Positions 9,608 through 19,145 of a DNA stretch of 64,000 nucleotides are shown piece after piece (position 1 is the first letter of the stretch; each line of letters opens with the position of its first letter). Location of the stretch: positions 608,001 to 672,000 of the forward strand of contig CAWFOU010000007.1 of assembly GCA_963817525.1 (NCBI GenBank), read 5' to 3'. This stretch comes from an uncultured archaeon (lineage in GTDB: Archaea > Thermoproteota > Nitrososphaeria > Nitrososphaerales > Gagatemarchaeaceae). The notes below the pieces were generated by a model. It saw only the letters and a program-made list of their open reading frames with translations. It was not told where the DNA came from and searched no databases. A program made the translations under genes and the position numbers.

Positions 9608-10162
9608 ATGGAGTCCGGAGCGAAGAAGTGGATACACCCACAGGCCGTCCCTCGAGGCATCCTTCGGCTCTACATCCTGTCCATGCTGTCCAAGCGCGAA
9701 GAGACGGGGTATTCAATAATGCGGACGATTGAGGACAAGACGGAAGGCGCGTGGAGGCCCGGCCCCGGGACGGTCTACCCGTTGCTGAGGAGCTTGCTCA
9801 AGGAAGGCCTGCTCGAGAAGGCCGCGGCTGGGCGGGATACCGGTGCCATCGTGAAGTACTCTGTGACCAAAAAGGGGAAGCAGGAGCTGGAAGAGATGCA
9901 GAGGACGCTTGCCTCGGCGGGGAAGAGAGAGCGGGTCATGATTCGCCTCTTCGCCGACCTGCTGCCGGCAGAGGTGTGGGCTTCGGCCTTCGTGAATCGC
10001 GGGAGGGAGATTTTCGACGTGTTCCAAGAGGTCATCTCCCAGATTCCCCAGCCCCAGCGGGAGGCGGTGCTCAAGGACGCCCGTGCGATGTTGGAGCTGA
10101 ACGTGTCGTGGGTCGACTCCCAGCTCAAGCCCAAGAAGAAGCAGATTATAGAGGAGAGATAG
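9608..10162 (+). CDS. PadR-family transcriptional regulator
   Basis: GYSIMRTIE..WRPGPGTVYPLLRSL; divergent from the ABC operon. Confidence 0.9.
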   Translation: MESGAKKWIHPQAVPRGILRLYILSMLSKREETGYSIMRTIEDKTEGAWRPGPGTVYPLLRSLLKEGLLEKAAAGRDTGAIVKYSVTKKGKQELEEMQRTLASAGKRERVMIRLFADLLPAEVWASAFVNRGREIFDVFQEVISQIPQPQREAVLKDARAMLELNVSWVDSQLKPKKKQIIEER

Positions 10163-10178
10163 CGGCGCCGCTGGCGGT

Positions 10179-10508
10179 CTAGGCGCTGACCTGTATCTTA
10201 GAAAGCGTCGCCTTGCCCAAGTCGGTTATCTCGTACTTCCCCGCGTCGCCGAAGAACTGGATGTTATACCTGACGAAGCCCAGCGCCAGGAGTTCCTTCA
10301 TGTGGGACAAAGTCCTCCACTGAGAGTTGTTCGAGAGCAGCTTGTCGAGCTGGGCGTTCGAGAGGCCTTCGGCGCTTTTTGCGAGGGCCTCGAGGATGCT
10401 GACCAGCTCGTCCTCTTGGGCTATTTGCCGCAGGGTCTCCTCCTGCCCCTTGGGGTCAGACGGCCACGTCCAGATGCCCTTCATCGGGTCAGGTCGTGTC
10501 GATGACAT
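10179..10508 (-). CDS. Winged-helix protein of unknown function
   Basis: ELLALGFV...YEITDLGK wHTH wing pattern. Confidence 0.65.
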   Translation of the reverse strand: MSSTRPDPMKGIWTWPSDPKGQEETLRQIAQEDELVSILEALAKSAEGLSNAQLDKLLSNNSQWRTLSHMKELLALGFVRYNIQFFGDAGKYEITDLGKATLSKIQVSA

Positions 10509-10598
10509 TGATAAGGACGACGTGTGATTGAATTCGTTTCACGATTGAATCAACTGTTTTTCGTCCCGCCGGACAAAAGGAATTGAGGTGTCGTGTGA

Positions 10599-10862
10599 GT
10601 GCTCTTTATGGAAGTAATCACCGAATACGTGGATTGCAGAACCGAGCTAGAAGACCGGATTCGTTCGCTGGAATCGGAGCAGTCGGCCCTCCTGACAGAG
10701 ATTGCAAGCCTCAAGGAGAAGCTTACGACCCTGGAGCTTGAGAGACACGCTAACTCTCTCTCCAACGAGGTCGAGGCCTTGAGGACAGAGAAGGCAGTCT
10801 TGGAAGAGAAGGTCGCTACTTACTCCAGCCCGATAGCGCCGGCCGAAAGCTACCAAGTCTAA
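10599..10862 (+). CDS. Small coiled-coil protein
   Basis: Heptad leucine pattern throughout; SD GAGGTG upstream. Confidence 0.65.
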   Translation: MLFMEVITEYVDCRTELEDRIRSLESEQSALLTEIASLKEKLTTLELERHANSLSNEVEALRTEKAVLEEKVATYSSPIAPAESYQV

Positions 10863-10877
10863 GCCAGTCTTTACCGA

Positions 10878-11303
10878 CTAGCGAAGCTTGGCCGCCTTCT
10901 CCTCTAGCTCTCCTTTTTCTTTTCTCAGATAGGCGACGTGCTTCTCCAGCGCGTCGAGCTTGGCCTCGAGGACCCTTGTCTCGGTGTCCTTCTTGCTGCG
11001 CTCCAGGCCCTTCTGGAGGTCTGAGTATTCCTTGTCCATCATCTGGACGCGCTTCTCGAGGTCCTGGTTGGTCTTCTTCAGGGTCTTGATGTCCGTCTGG
11101 ATTTTTTCCATCTGGTCGTCAGGGACGACCAAGTAGTGCTGCCTGCTCACGACGGTCGGGAACTTTGTGCCGCATTTTTCACAGCCGTACATCCCGACCT
11201 TCCTCTGGGTCAGGCCGCGTTCGCCCTCCTTCGGCTCGACAATTACGGTGAAGACTTTGGAAGGAGTGGATACCGCAGTCCCGCAGTTTGGGCAAGAAGG
11301 CAA
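10878..11303 (-). CDS. Cren7-like Zn-ribbon domain fused to a coiled coil
   Basis: CPNCG..PSKVFTV..P...KVGMYGCEKCGTKF followed by ~80 aa coiled coil. Confidence 0.6.
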   Translation of the reverse strand: MPSCPNCGTAVSTPSKVFTVIVEPKEGERGLTQRKVGMYGCEKCGTKFPTVVSRQHYLVVPDDQMEKIQTDIKTLKKTNQDLEKRVQMMDKEYSDLQKGLERSKKDTETRVLEAKLDALEKHVAYLRKEKGELEEKAAKLR

Positions 11304-11343
11304 GCGCTAGCGGCCGCATGTAATTCGTAGCGTTAAATCTTTG

Positions 11344-11634
11344 CTACTCGCGGATGGACTCTAGCTCGGAGACGGCTGACCAAAGGATGACCCTGGCGAA
11401 TGATGACATGTTCGGGTCCTGAGCGACCTCGTCGAGCATGCTGATCGCGTTCGCGGCCCTCACGGCGAGGCTGACCTTCGGGTCTTGGAGGGCGACCATT
11501 GAGTCCTTCACTATCTTCCTTATGTTGCGCGGGGTGATGTTTGAGTCTGCTATCTGCTGGAGGCTCGCGCTAGCCTTTGCTAGCTTGCCGTCGTTGGCCT
11601 GTTGTTTTTTCTCTCTGTTTGTCTTGGTGCTCAT
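11344..11634 (-). CDS. UPF0147 family protein
   Basis: TPRNIRK..AANAISMLDEVAQDPNM..R. Confidence 0.88.
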   Translation of the reverse strand: MSTKTNREKKQQANDGKLAKASASLQQIADSNITPRNIRKIVKDSMVALQDPKVSLAVRAANAISMLDEVAQDPNMSSFARVILWSAVSELESIRE

Positions 11635-11752
11635 GATTGCTATCAGGTGGTTTAGGCGTTGGAGTTTCCTGTGCCTTCCACCCTAGCATATTTGGCTTTC
11701 TATGACGGGCTACAGTGTTTATAACTCTGGAGAAGGCTGTGGTGGAATATAA

Positions 11753-12094
11753 TTGAGCACGACCGCAGCCAAGACGAAGACGACCGTCGAGCTGATGAGG
11801 AGAGGGGCCGTCATGATGAAGGAGCCCTGCCAGGTTTGCAATGGGGTCCAGCTGAGGTACAAGGGGAGGGTATACTGCACGAATCATGACGACCTGACGG
11901 CTGCTCTTCAGGCAAAGGAGATACTCTACCCGGACGTCGCGGAAGACCTGAAGAATTTGCTCTTGGTCAAGCTCAAGGAGTCGATGTCTCTGTTGGAGAA
12001 TGAGAAGGACCCGGAAGAGCTCGACAGGCTGGTCTCCCTAATGACCAGGTATGTCGAGCTGCTGAGGAAAGTGGAGCCGGCTCAAAGAGCTTAA
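11753..12094 (+). CDS. UPF0148/SSSCA1-like Zn-ribbon protein
   Basis: ELMRRGAVMMKEPCQVC..GRVYC. Confidence 0.75.
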   Translation: MSTTAAKTKTTVELMRRGAVMMKEPCQVCNGVQLRYKGRVYCTNHDDLTAALQAKEILYPDVAEDLKNLLLVKLKESMSLLENEKDPEELDRLVSLMTRYVELLRKVEPAQRA

Positions 12095-12117
12095 ATCGAC
12101 AAACAGGTCGCTCTCCG

Positions 12118-12597
12118 TTGCAAATGGTCCTCAGGATAGGTCAGAGGGTCCCCGACTTTACCCTCCCAGACACGAACAAGCACGACAGGAAGCTGTCAGA
12201 GTTCACCCAGAAGGGGAAAACGGTGCTACTCTTCTTCCCGTTCGCATTCTCCGGCGTGTGCGACAAGGAGGTGTGCGTCTTCAGGGATGACGCTGCGAAG
12301 TTCAACGCCCTGGGCGCCCAAGTCGTGGGGATAAGCGTCGACAGCCTATTCACGCTGAAGGTGTTTGCGCAGACGTACAACCTGCAGTTCACGCTGCTGA
12401 GCGATTTCAACAAGAAGGTGTCGAGGGCCTACGGCGTGCTCCACGATACATGGGTGGCCTTCGGATACAAGGGCGTCCCCAAGAGGGCGGCCTTCGTGCT
12501 GGACGGCAAGGGAATCCTCAGGTACAAGTGGACGACCGACATCCCTTCCAACGAGCCGCCCTACGAAGAGATCCTCGCGGCGGTCGGCAAGCTCTAA
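12118..12597 (+). CDS. Peroxiredoxin (AhpC/TSA, Bcp/AhpE-like)
   Basis: FFPFAFSGVCDKEVC, LLSDFN, RAAFVLD. Confidence 0.9.
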   Translation: MQMVLRIGQRVPDFTLPDTNKHDRKLSEFTQKGKTVLLFFPFAFSGVCDKEVCVFRDDAAKFNALGAQVVGISVDSLFTLKVFAQTYNLQFTLLSDFNKKVSRAYGVLHDTWVAFGYKGVPKRAAFVLDGKGILRYKWTTDIPSNEPPYEEILAAVGKL

Positions 12598-12650
12598 GCG
12601 GGGAGTCTAGGGTCTCCTTTTATAGGAGTTTGACATCGGAGTCTTCGAAA

Positions 12651-13013
12651 ATGTCGTCCGAGGCAACGAAGATGATCAAACCCGTCGTGGACATCACGGA
12701 GAACGCCGCCTCGGAGCTGATAGTCTACCTCGCAAAGCAGGGCAAGCCCATGGCGGGATTGAGGGTTTTCGTGTCGGCTGGGGGGTGTTCTGGCTTGTCC
12801 TACGGCATGGTGCCCGAAGAGAAGTCGACCGACGACGACTATGTCATAGTGGAGCATGGTGCGAAGCTAATCGTCGACAAGTCCAGCATGCCGTTCATCG
12901 CAGGGTCTGTGATCGACTTCCAGCCTGACAAGCTGATGGGCGGGGGTTTCGTGGTGAAGAACCCGAACGCGGTCTCGACGTGCGGCTGCGGCGAGTCTTT
13001 CAAGACCGAGTAA
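12651..13013 (+). CDS. Fe-S cluster assembly A-type carrier (IscA/HesB)
   Basis: GGCSGLSY and NPNAVSTCGCGESF. Confidence 0.92.
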   Translation: MSSEATKMIKPVVDITENAASELIVYLAKQGKPMAGLRVFVSAGGCSGLSYGMVPEEKSTDDDYVIVEHGAKLIVDKSSMPFIAGSVIDFQPDKLMGGGFVVKNPNAVSTCGCGESFKTE

Positions 13014-13061
13014 GGCAAGAATACTCCAAACCTATATTGGGTCGGAATCCCAGCGCACGGC

Positions 13062-13240
13062 GCCGGGGTGGCGGAGTCTGGTTAACGCGCGGGCAGTTCG
13101 CTCCGCTCCAAAAGAGTGCGCGAATCCGCATCTCGAGATCATCCGACTTGACAGCCCGTGACCTAACGGTCATGTGGGTTCAAATCGCGCGGGGAAAGGA
13201 CGTTTTACCTTCCCCGCGGGTGGAAGTCCCACCCCCGGCG
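13062..13240 (+). tRNA. tRNA-Ser(CGA) with three introns (31/32: 13095-13131; 37/38: 13138-13152; 59/60: 13185-13226)
   Basis: GCCGGGG/CCCCGGC-G acceptor; CGGGC/GCCCG anticodon stem; GACC-TAAC-GGTC variable arm; GTGGG/CCCAC T-stem. BHB helices GCGG/CCGC and TTCA/TGGA; the 37/38 BHB is weak. Confidence 0.88.
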
Positions 13241-13241
13241 C

Positions 13242-14036
13242 TCAAACCTTGTTGTACTTGGGGTGCCAGCTTCGGGTCTTGTCGTCCAGCTCGGTGTACT
13301 CGAAGTCGTGGTAGATCAGAGGGAACCGCTCCTTCATCACCCTGGCGACCTTGTCGAACACGAACCTGATCTCGACCTCCGCGGACTCTGCGGTCCGCAT
13401 AGCTATCACATGGCGGATGGTCCTGTGGTTGGCCGTCCAGACTATAGATGTCGCCATGCCGTCGGGCATGATTCTGCGCAAGGCCGAAGTTATCCGCTTC
13501 TTTACGTCGAAGTTCATCTTGTCCCATCCGTAGGACTGCTCGAGGTCGCGGTAGTTCTTCTCGAATTCCTCGATGGCGGCCTTCACCTCCTTCTTCTTGT
13601 CCAGGAGTTCCGGGGGCAGCCAGAATCGCAGCTGCGTCGGTCTGACGTACCTTAGCGACTCTTGGCTTATCGCGACCCCGACCCTGTGCCGCACGAGCTC
13701 GTGGGTGAAGACCCTGCTCACGTTCAGGAACGCGAACGTGCAGGTGGCGTGCTCGAATATCGATCCGTCCCCTTTTGACAGGGTATTGTCGATGTAGTCC
13801 CGGGAGCTTTCCCGTATCTTGGTCACGTTGGGGTTGAGGCCCACGCCGAAGCTCTTGTAGCAGATTCTTCCAGCCACCTCGGTCAGCAGTTCACCCTCTG
13901 ATTTTGAGGCCTCCTTTGTCCTCGCCAACCAGTTCGTGGCCGTCTCTTCTCCGACGGTCGACAGCATTTCCTTCAACTGGTCGAAGTTAATCCTGCTTTC
14001 TGCGATCAGGTAGACTTGAGGTTCGACGAACTCCAT
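13242..14036 (-). CDS. thyX: FAD-dependent thymidylate synthase
   Basis: SIFEH, THELVRHR..SQESLRY motif, AEVEIR. Confidence 0.93.
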   Translation of the reverse strand: MEFVEPQVYLIAESRINFDQLKEMLSTVGEETATNWLARTKEASKSEGELLTEVAGRICYKSFGVGLNPNVTKIRESSRDYIDNTLSKGDGSIFEHATCTFAFLNVSRVFTHELVRHRVGVAISQESLRYVRPTQLRFWLPPELLDKKKEVKAAIEEFEKNYRDLEQSYGWDKMNFDVKKRITSALRRIMPDGMATSIVWTANHRTIRHVIAMRTAESAEVEIRFVFDKVARVMKERFPLIYHDFEYTELDDKTRSWHPKYNKV

Positions 14037-14218
14037 TCGCTTTCTTGTTCCTTCCTGCTCCATGTTCGTGTCGCTATTTAATTTGCGGGGACGGGACGTG
14101 GCATTAATCGTGTGAAAACGTGGTTTCAGGTTGTTTTCGCCCAATCTGCTGGGCCGAGTAGAGTGACGGGAGGCCGTTCTAGATTAAATATGAGGTTGCG
14201 GGTCTCGCCCTGAGCAGA

Positions 14219-15559
14219 ATGCCCGTATTCGGCACCGCGGGAGTCAGAGGCGTCTTCAACTCTACCCAGACGCTCGAGCAGGTGCACGACGTCGCCCAGG
14301 CCTCGGCCTTCGTATTCGGCAGGGGGCGCTACGGCGTCGGGTGGGACGGCAGGAAGAGCTCGATGGTGCTCGCCAAGATGGTGGCAGCATCGATCGCCGA
14401 GTGCGGCAGTGAGGCGTTGGAGTTCGGGATGGTCCCCACGCCGCTAGTCGCCTTTGGGGCGCGGGAACACGGGTGTCAATTGGGGTTCGCTGTGACAGCT
14501 TCTCATAACCCTCCCGAGTTCTCGGGCGTGAAAGTCTTCAACAGGAGAGGCATGGAGTTGTCGAAGGAGGAAGAGGCCCGAATCGAGAGGGGGATGATTG
14601 TGGAGTCCAACAAGAGCTCTGCGATCGCAGGGCCCATTCGGCGCGGGGACGTGATCCTGCCATACATCAACGCCGTTGTCTCGAGATTTCCAAAAACCGA
14701 GAGTTCTCTGCGCCTAGTGGTCGACTGCGCCACGGGGCCTGCTGCGCTGGTGACGCCTCAGGTCTTGGGCGCGCTTGGGAACAAGGTGACTCCGCTCAAC
14801 GCGCACGTGTCTTGGCGGTTCTCGGCGAGGCATCCCGAGCCGACCCCGGCGACCTTGGCAGAGACGGCCGCGTTCGTCGGCGGCGCGGGAGTGGATCTGG
14901 GACTGGCGCATGATGGTGACGGGGACAGGTTGGTCCTAATCAACTCAGCGGGCCGAATCCTCCCAGACTACATGACTTCGGTGCTTGCCCTGGAAGCCGT
15001 CCAAAAGAGCTCTGGCTCGGTCATAATCTCCGAGAACAGCTCCTTCGCGGTGGAGGAGACAGCTGCGCGGATGGGGTTGCGGGTCGTGCGCGGCAGGATT
15101 GGGAAGACGTTCGCAGAGATTGACCGCGAAGGCGCGGTGCTGGCCACGGAGCCGACCAAGGTGGTCGACCCAAGCTGGGGGATGTGGGAAGACGGCATAT
15201 ACTGTGCGGCGCTGATCGTCGACGCGCTAGCGAGGAGGCCTGACCTCCGCAAGATGGTCGAGGGTGAGCTCGAGTGGATATACAGGCAGGTCAACCTGCC
15301 TGTGTCGGTGGACTTGGCGAGGGTCAACGCTCAGATTGACGAGTACTTCTCGAAGTATAGGATTGTGGAGAAGAGGTCCCTCGACGGCCTGCGGGTGGTT
15401 TTCAAGGACAAGTCGTGGGTCATGTTCAGACCCTCTGGCACGGAGCCCAAGACGCGAATTTACTGTGAGGCGAAGGACGAGTTGAGGGTGTCAGAGCTCG
15501 TCGAGACAGCGAGAACGCTTGTGGAGCGCCTGGCGAGGCCCACAATCAGCGCGCGTTGA
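14219..15559 (+). CDS. Phosphohexomutase (GlmM/PMM-PGM)
   Basis: FGTAGVRG, TASHNP, DGDGDR, RPSGTEP. Confidence 0.92.
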   Translation: MPVFGTAGVRGVFNSTQTLEQVHDVAQASAFVFGRGRYGVGWDGRKSSMVLAKMVAASIAECGSEALEFGMVPTPLVAFGAREHGCQLGFAVTASHNPPEFSGVKVFNRRGMELSKEEEARIERGMIVESNKSSAIAGPIRRGDVILPYINAVVSRFPKTESSLRLVVDCATGPAALVTPQVLGALGNKVTPLNAHVSWRFSARHPEPTPATLAETAAFVGGAGVDLGLAHDGDGDRLVLINSAGRILPDYMTSVLALEAVQKSSGSVIISENSSFAVEETAARMGLRVVRGRIGKTFAEIDREGAVLATEPTKVVDPSWGMWEDGIYCAALIVDALARRPDLRKMVEGELEWIYRQVNLPVSVDLARVNAQIDEYFSKYRIVEKRSLDGLRVVFKDKSWVMFRPSGTEPKTRIYCEAKDELRVSELVETARTLVERLARPTISAR

Positions 15560-15566
15560 TGCCGGT

Positions 15567-17054
15567 ATGTCGACCGGAGACATGTCGCTGGCCGTCTCAA
15601 AGGCTCTGTCGCGCGGCTACCAGATAGACCCCGACGCCTTCACCTTCCTCTCGGAACTCTCTGGAAGAGAGAACGTCGAGCCGATCCTTAGGTCAATAAT
15701 CGAGAAGAAAGAGTCGTCAAACTCCGAGAGGCTGATAGTCAGGTCAGACTTCGACGACTTCCTCGCGAAGGATGAGGGGCAAAATCGCGTCGCCGTGGAC
15801 TCCCACGACTTGTTGGCCGACGTCGTCGTTGTGAGCAATCCCACGACAGAGATTCGGCCGGTGGAGGCGGAGAGCGGCTTCAAGAGGCTCTTCCAGGATA
15901 GGTACTCGCACCTCCTAGGCATAGCGAGGCAGAGACCCGACTCGAAGAGCGTCACGACGATTGAGTCTGGTAGGGAGACGCGAGACAAAGAATACAAGAT
16001 TGCGGGGCTCGTCTCCTCCAGGAACAGCAGGAAGGGCGGCGGAGTGGAGCTTGTGCTGGACGACCCCACAGGGAGCGCCAAGCTATACTGCTCGGACGAG
16101 GTCGCCAACTTGGCACTCGCCTTGCCTTTCGACAGTCTGGTTGTGGCCGAAGTGGCCCTCGGGAAAACCGGCCAGCTCTACGCGAGGGATTTGGTCCTTC
16201 CCGATATCCCGAGCAGGAAGTCGGTGGGCTCGCCGCGCAGGGTGTATGCGGTGATGCTTTCGGACTTGCATATCGGCAGCAAACTGTTTCTCGCCGAGGA
16301 TTTTGGGCGCTTCTTGGAGTGGCTCAACGGGAGATTGGGGGACCTTGATATCGTGGAGCGCATCAGGTACGTCATAGTGGCCGGAGACATCGTCGATGGA
16401 ATCGGCGTCTATCCTGGACAGGAGATGCAGCTCTCAGAGAGGAACTTGAGGGGTCAATACCGGGTCGCGAAGGCCTTTCTCGAACAGGTGCCGAAGCACA
16501 TGAAGCTCTTGATAGTTCCCGGGAACCATGATCCCGTGAGGCAGGCCCTCCCCCAGCCGGCTGTGCCCGCGGATGTGGCGACGCCCTTGTACGAGCTGGA
16601 GAATGCCGTGCATCTGGGAGGGCCGGCCAATGTCAAGCTCGACGGGGTGAACTTTTTAATTTATCACGGCAGGAGCCTGGATGACGTCATAGCCACTGTT
16701 CCCGACCTGACCTACGACAGGCCCGTGCAAGCGATGGAGGTCTTGCTCAAGGCGCGACATCTCGCACCCACCTATGGCAAGCGGACGGCATTGTCTCCGG
16801 AGCTCAGGGACATGTTGGTGATAGATCCCGTGCCGGATGTATTCCACGCAGGTCACGTGCACACGCTCGATGTGGGAAGCTACCGTGGCACGCTCGTGGT
16901 GAACTCGGGGACGTTCCAAGCCCAGACGCCTTTTCAAGCCAATATGGGTATAGACCCCATATGCTCGATTGTGCCGATACTGGACCTGTCTACCCTAGAG
17001 GTCGTCAAAAGGAGCTTCACAAAATCTAGTTTCCGAGAGCTACAGCAGGCCTAG
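15567..17054 (+). CDS. polB: DNA polymerase D small subunit DP1
   Basis: SDLHIGS, AGDIVDGIG, PGNHD, YHGRSLDD, RHLAPTYG, GHVH. Confidence 0.93.
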   Translation: MSTGDMSLAVSKALSRGYQIDPDAFTFLSELSGRENVEPILRSIIEKKESSNSERLIVRSDFDDFLAKDEGQNRVAVDSHDLLADVVVVSNPTTEIRPVEAESGFKRLFQDRYSHLLGIARQRPDSKSVTTIESGRETRDKEYKIAGLVSSRNSRKGGGVELVLDDPTGSAKLYCSDEVANLALALPFDSLVVAEVALGKTGQLYARDLVLPDIPSRKSVGSPRRVYAVMLSDLHIGSKLFLAEDFGRFLEWLNGRLGDLDIVERIRYVIVAGDIVDGIGVYPGQEMQLSERNLRGQYRVAKAFLEQVPKHMKLLIVPGNHDPVRQALPQPAVPADVATPLYELENAVHLGGPANVKLDGVNFLIYHGRSLDDVIATVPDLTYDRPVQAMEVLLKARHLAPTYGKRTALSPELRDMLVIDPVPDVFHAGHVHTLDVGSYRGTLVVNSGTFQAQTPFQANMGIDPICSIVPILDLSTLEVVKRSFTKSSFRELQQA

Positions 17055-18233
17055 AAGCTGCGAGTCCTCTGTGACCACCTTCGTCAGGGTATCGGCCTGA
17101 ATCAGGAGTTTGATTCTCTTGGTCCTTCCCCGTCTGCCCTTGCTCACCACGGCGGCCTCCACCAGGCCCAAAAGGTCGAGTTCGGCGAGTATCCCGCTGA
17201 CCCTTCTCTGGGTCAGCGCTTCGATACCCAGCCGGCGAGCCAGTCCCTCGTAGGCGACGTAGAGATCTCCGGTGTTCGTGCCGTCGGGGAACCTCGAGGC
17301 GGTCAGGAGGATGAGTTTGTTCTGGATGGGGAGTGAGCGCAGTGCGTCGTCAATCCTGTTGCTCTCGACCCTCTCCGACGCCTTGCGGATGCAGTCTTCG
17401 CTGACCTCGTGCTTGCCTTCCCTTTCCGCTATCTCTCCGGCCACGCGCAACAGGTCGACCGCCCGTCTGGCGTCGCCGTGTTCGGAGCCGGCCAAGGCCG
17501 CACAGAGGTTGAGCATCGCGTCGGGGATGACCCCGGGCCTGAACGCGATCTTTGCGCGGGCCGCCAAGATAGCGTAGAGCTCGTCCGTAGTGTATGGAGG
17601 GAATACCAGCTCTTCTTCGCCCAGGCTGCTCAGCACCCGGGGATCGAGTTCATCCTTGAACCTGAGATCGTTCGAGATTCCGACCATCGTGAAGAAGCCG
17701 GGCTCGACGTGCTCGCCGGCGCGGGTGAACTGGTAGAGGATGTCGTCGCCGTACGCGTTAACCAGATAGTCGATTTCGTCTAGGACTAGGATGAAATGGA
17801 TTTTGTTGCCCTTTATGGTGGTGAAGATGCGGTCGAGGACAGTCCCTATCGACAGGCCCGTCCCAGGAATCTTCTTGTCTTGCTCGAGGGGTAGGCAGTC
17901 GGCAATCTTCGCCAGAGTGCGATACTCGGTAGCGGCTATCCTGCTGTTCACATAGCAGGTGAGAATGTTCTTCGAGGCGTCCTGCGTGTGCAACCTGTCG
18001 ACGACCAGCCTTGCCACAGCGGTCTTCCCAGTTCCTGTCTTACCATAGAGGAGGAGATTCGATGGTTTCGAGCCATGGAGAGCGGGAGCCAGAATTTGCG
18101 CGACCTGCCTGGTCTGGCTCTCCCTGTAGGGTAGTTTCTCAGGCACATAGTCGGGCGACAGAGCATCACGGTTTTGAAACAGAGCTCGTCCTTCCTTGGC
18201 CCTCTGGAAGATCTCGTCTACTGCATCAACCAT
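17040..18233 (-). CDS. cdc6: Orc1/Cdc6 replication initiator
   Basis: GKTGTGKT, LDEID, GDARRAVDLLR, C-terminal wHTH SKGRRGRT. Confidence 0.95.
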   Translation of the reverse strand: MVDAVDEIFQRAKEGRALFQNRDALSPDYVPEKLPYRESQTRQVAQILAPALHGSKPSNLLLYGKTGTGKTAVARLVVDRLHTQDASKNILTCYVNSRIAATEYRTLAKIADCLPLEQDKKIPGTGLSIGTVLDRIFTTIKGNKIHFILVLDEIDYLVNAYGDDILYQFTRAGEHVEPGFFTMVGISNDLRFKDELDPRVLSSLGEEELVFPPYTTDELYAILAARAKIAFRPGVIPDAMLNLCAALAGSEHGDARRAVDLLRVAGEIAEREGKHEVSEDCIRKASERVESNRIDDALRSLPIQNKLILLTASRFPDGTNTGDLYVAYEGLARRLGIEALTQRRVSGILAELDLLGLVEAAVVSKGRRGRTKRIKLLIQADTLTKVVTEDSQLLGLL

Positions 18234-18705
18234 GTAGCATCAGTGGAAATATTGCTTTAATTAAGGGATGTCCCCCTCCGTTTCCACTGCAACTCGGTAA
18301 GAAGATGCTAGGTTCTAGCTATACTAAGTAAGAAGATGCTCGCTCTTGGTTCGAATGATTGCTTATTCTCACTGATTGACTAGCCGCCATGACAAATGGT
18401 CTAGAGACAGTGCAGAAGCGCGTGATTCACCCGGGGAGTCATCTCCACCGGAAATGTAGGGGTCCCTCCCCTAATGTGAACTTGATGTGAAACCTCCTTT
18501 GTAACGACGCATACAAGCTCACAGGTTGACGCACACCTAGCATTGACGTCGTTCACAGAAACTAGGTTGATTATAGCCCCTCTGTTTCCACTGGAACCAC
18601 TGTTCTGCCGGGCACCTGTCAACTACTGTGAACATCTGTGAATCACCATTTTCACCTCAGGGCGCGGTCAAACTTTGTTTGCACTCTGTTCACAACTTCA
18701 CACCA
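18234..18705. promoter_or_regulatory. Replication origin oriC with ORB elements at 18272-18293(-), 18442-18462(+), 18577-18597(-)
   Basis: GTTGCAGTGGAAACGGAGGGGG, TCTCCACCGGAAATGTAGGGG and GTTCCAGTGGAAACAGAGGGG match the archaeal ORB consensus with G-string; directly upstream of cdc6; mini-ORB near 18239. Confidence 0.88.
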
Positions 18706-18743
18706 TCGTCGGTTTTATCGCCTACGCCGTACTGCCACAAACC

Positions 18744-19145
18744 TTGCAGAAGAAGGTAAAGGTCGAGATCACCGACGAGGACGGGACCACCTATTCTCTT
18801 GCGTTGCAAGGCAACCTCTCTCATCACAAGGTGATGCGGATGATGGAGCTGGTGGACCTGCTCGGTCAAAATCGCCACGGGACGCCCGAGGCTCTTCCTC
18901 CCAACGAGTCGACCACCTACGGTAGGATTCTCAAACTGATTCAGTCTTCATACTCCGTCAAGGAGTTCTCTTCTGCAGACATCGCCCGCGACTACGAGGA
19001 CAAGCACGCCAACCCCATCCCGCTCAGCACAGTCTCGACCTATCTTTCGAGGCTAGCAGACAAGAAGCTCCTAAACCGGCAGAAGTTCGGCAACTCCTGG
19101 GTCTATCGGCTCGCACATCTCTCGCGCGATCAGCTGGCTACGTAA
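18744..19145 (+). CDS. Origin-adjacent wHTH protein
   Basis: FSSADIARDY..LSTVSTYLSRL...WVYRL. Confidence 0.75.
   Translation: MQKKVKVEITDEDGTTYSLALQGNLSHHKVMRMMELVDLLGQNRHGTPEALPPNESTTYGRILKLIQSSYSVKEFSSADIARDYEDKHANPIPLSTVSTYLSRLADKKLLNRQKFGNSWVYRLAHLSRDQLAT

Noticed and set aside
5843-10162. Double ABC exporter with PadR as a novel system
   Set aside because: This is a common arrangement, and no precursor peptide or biosynthetic genes are adjacent.
13132-13153. Alternative Ser(UGA) anticodon from CTTGACA
   Set aside because: It would put C at position 37 and lacks a supporting BHB; the CGA reading is canonical.
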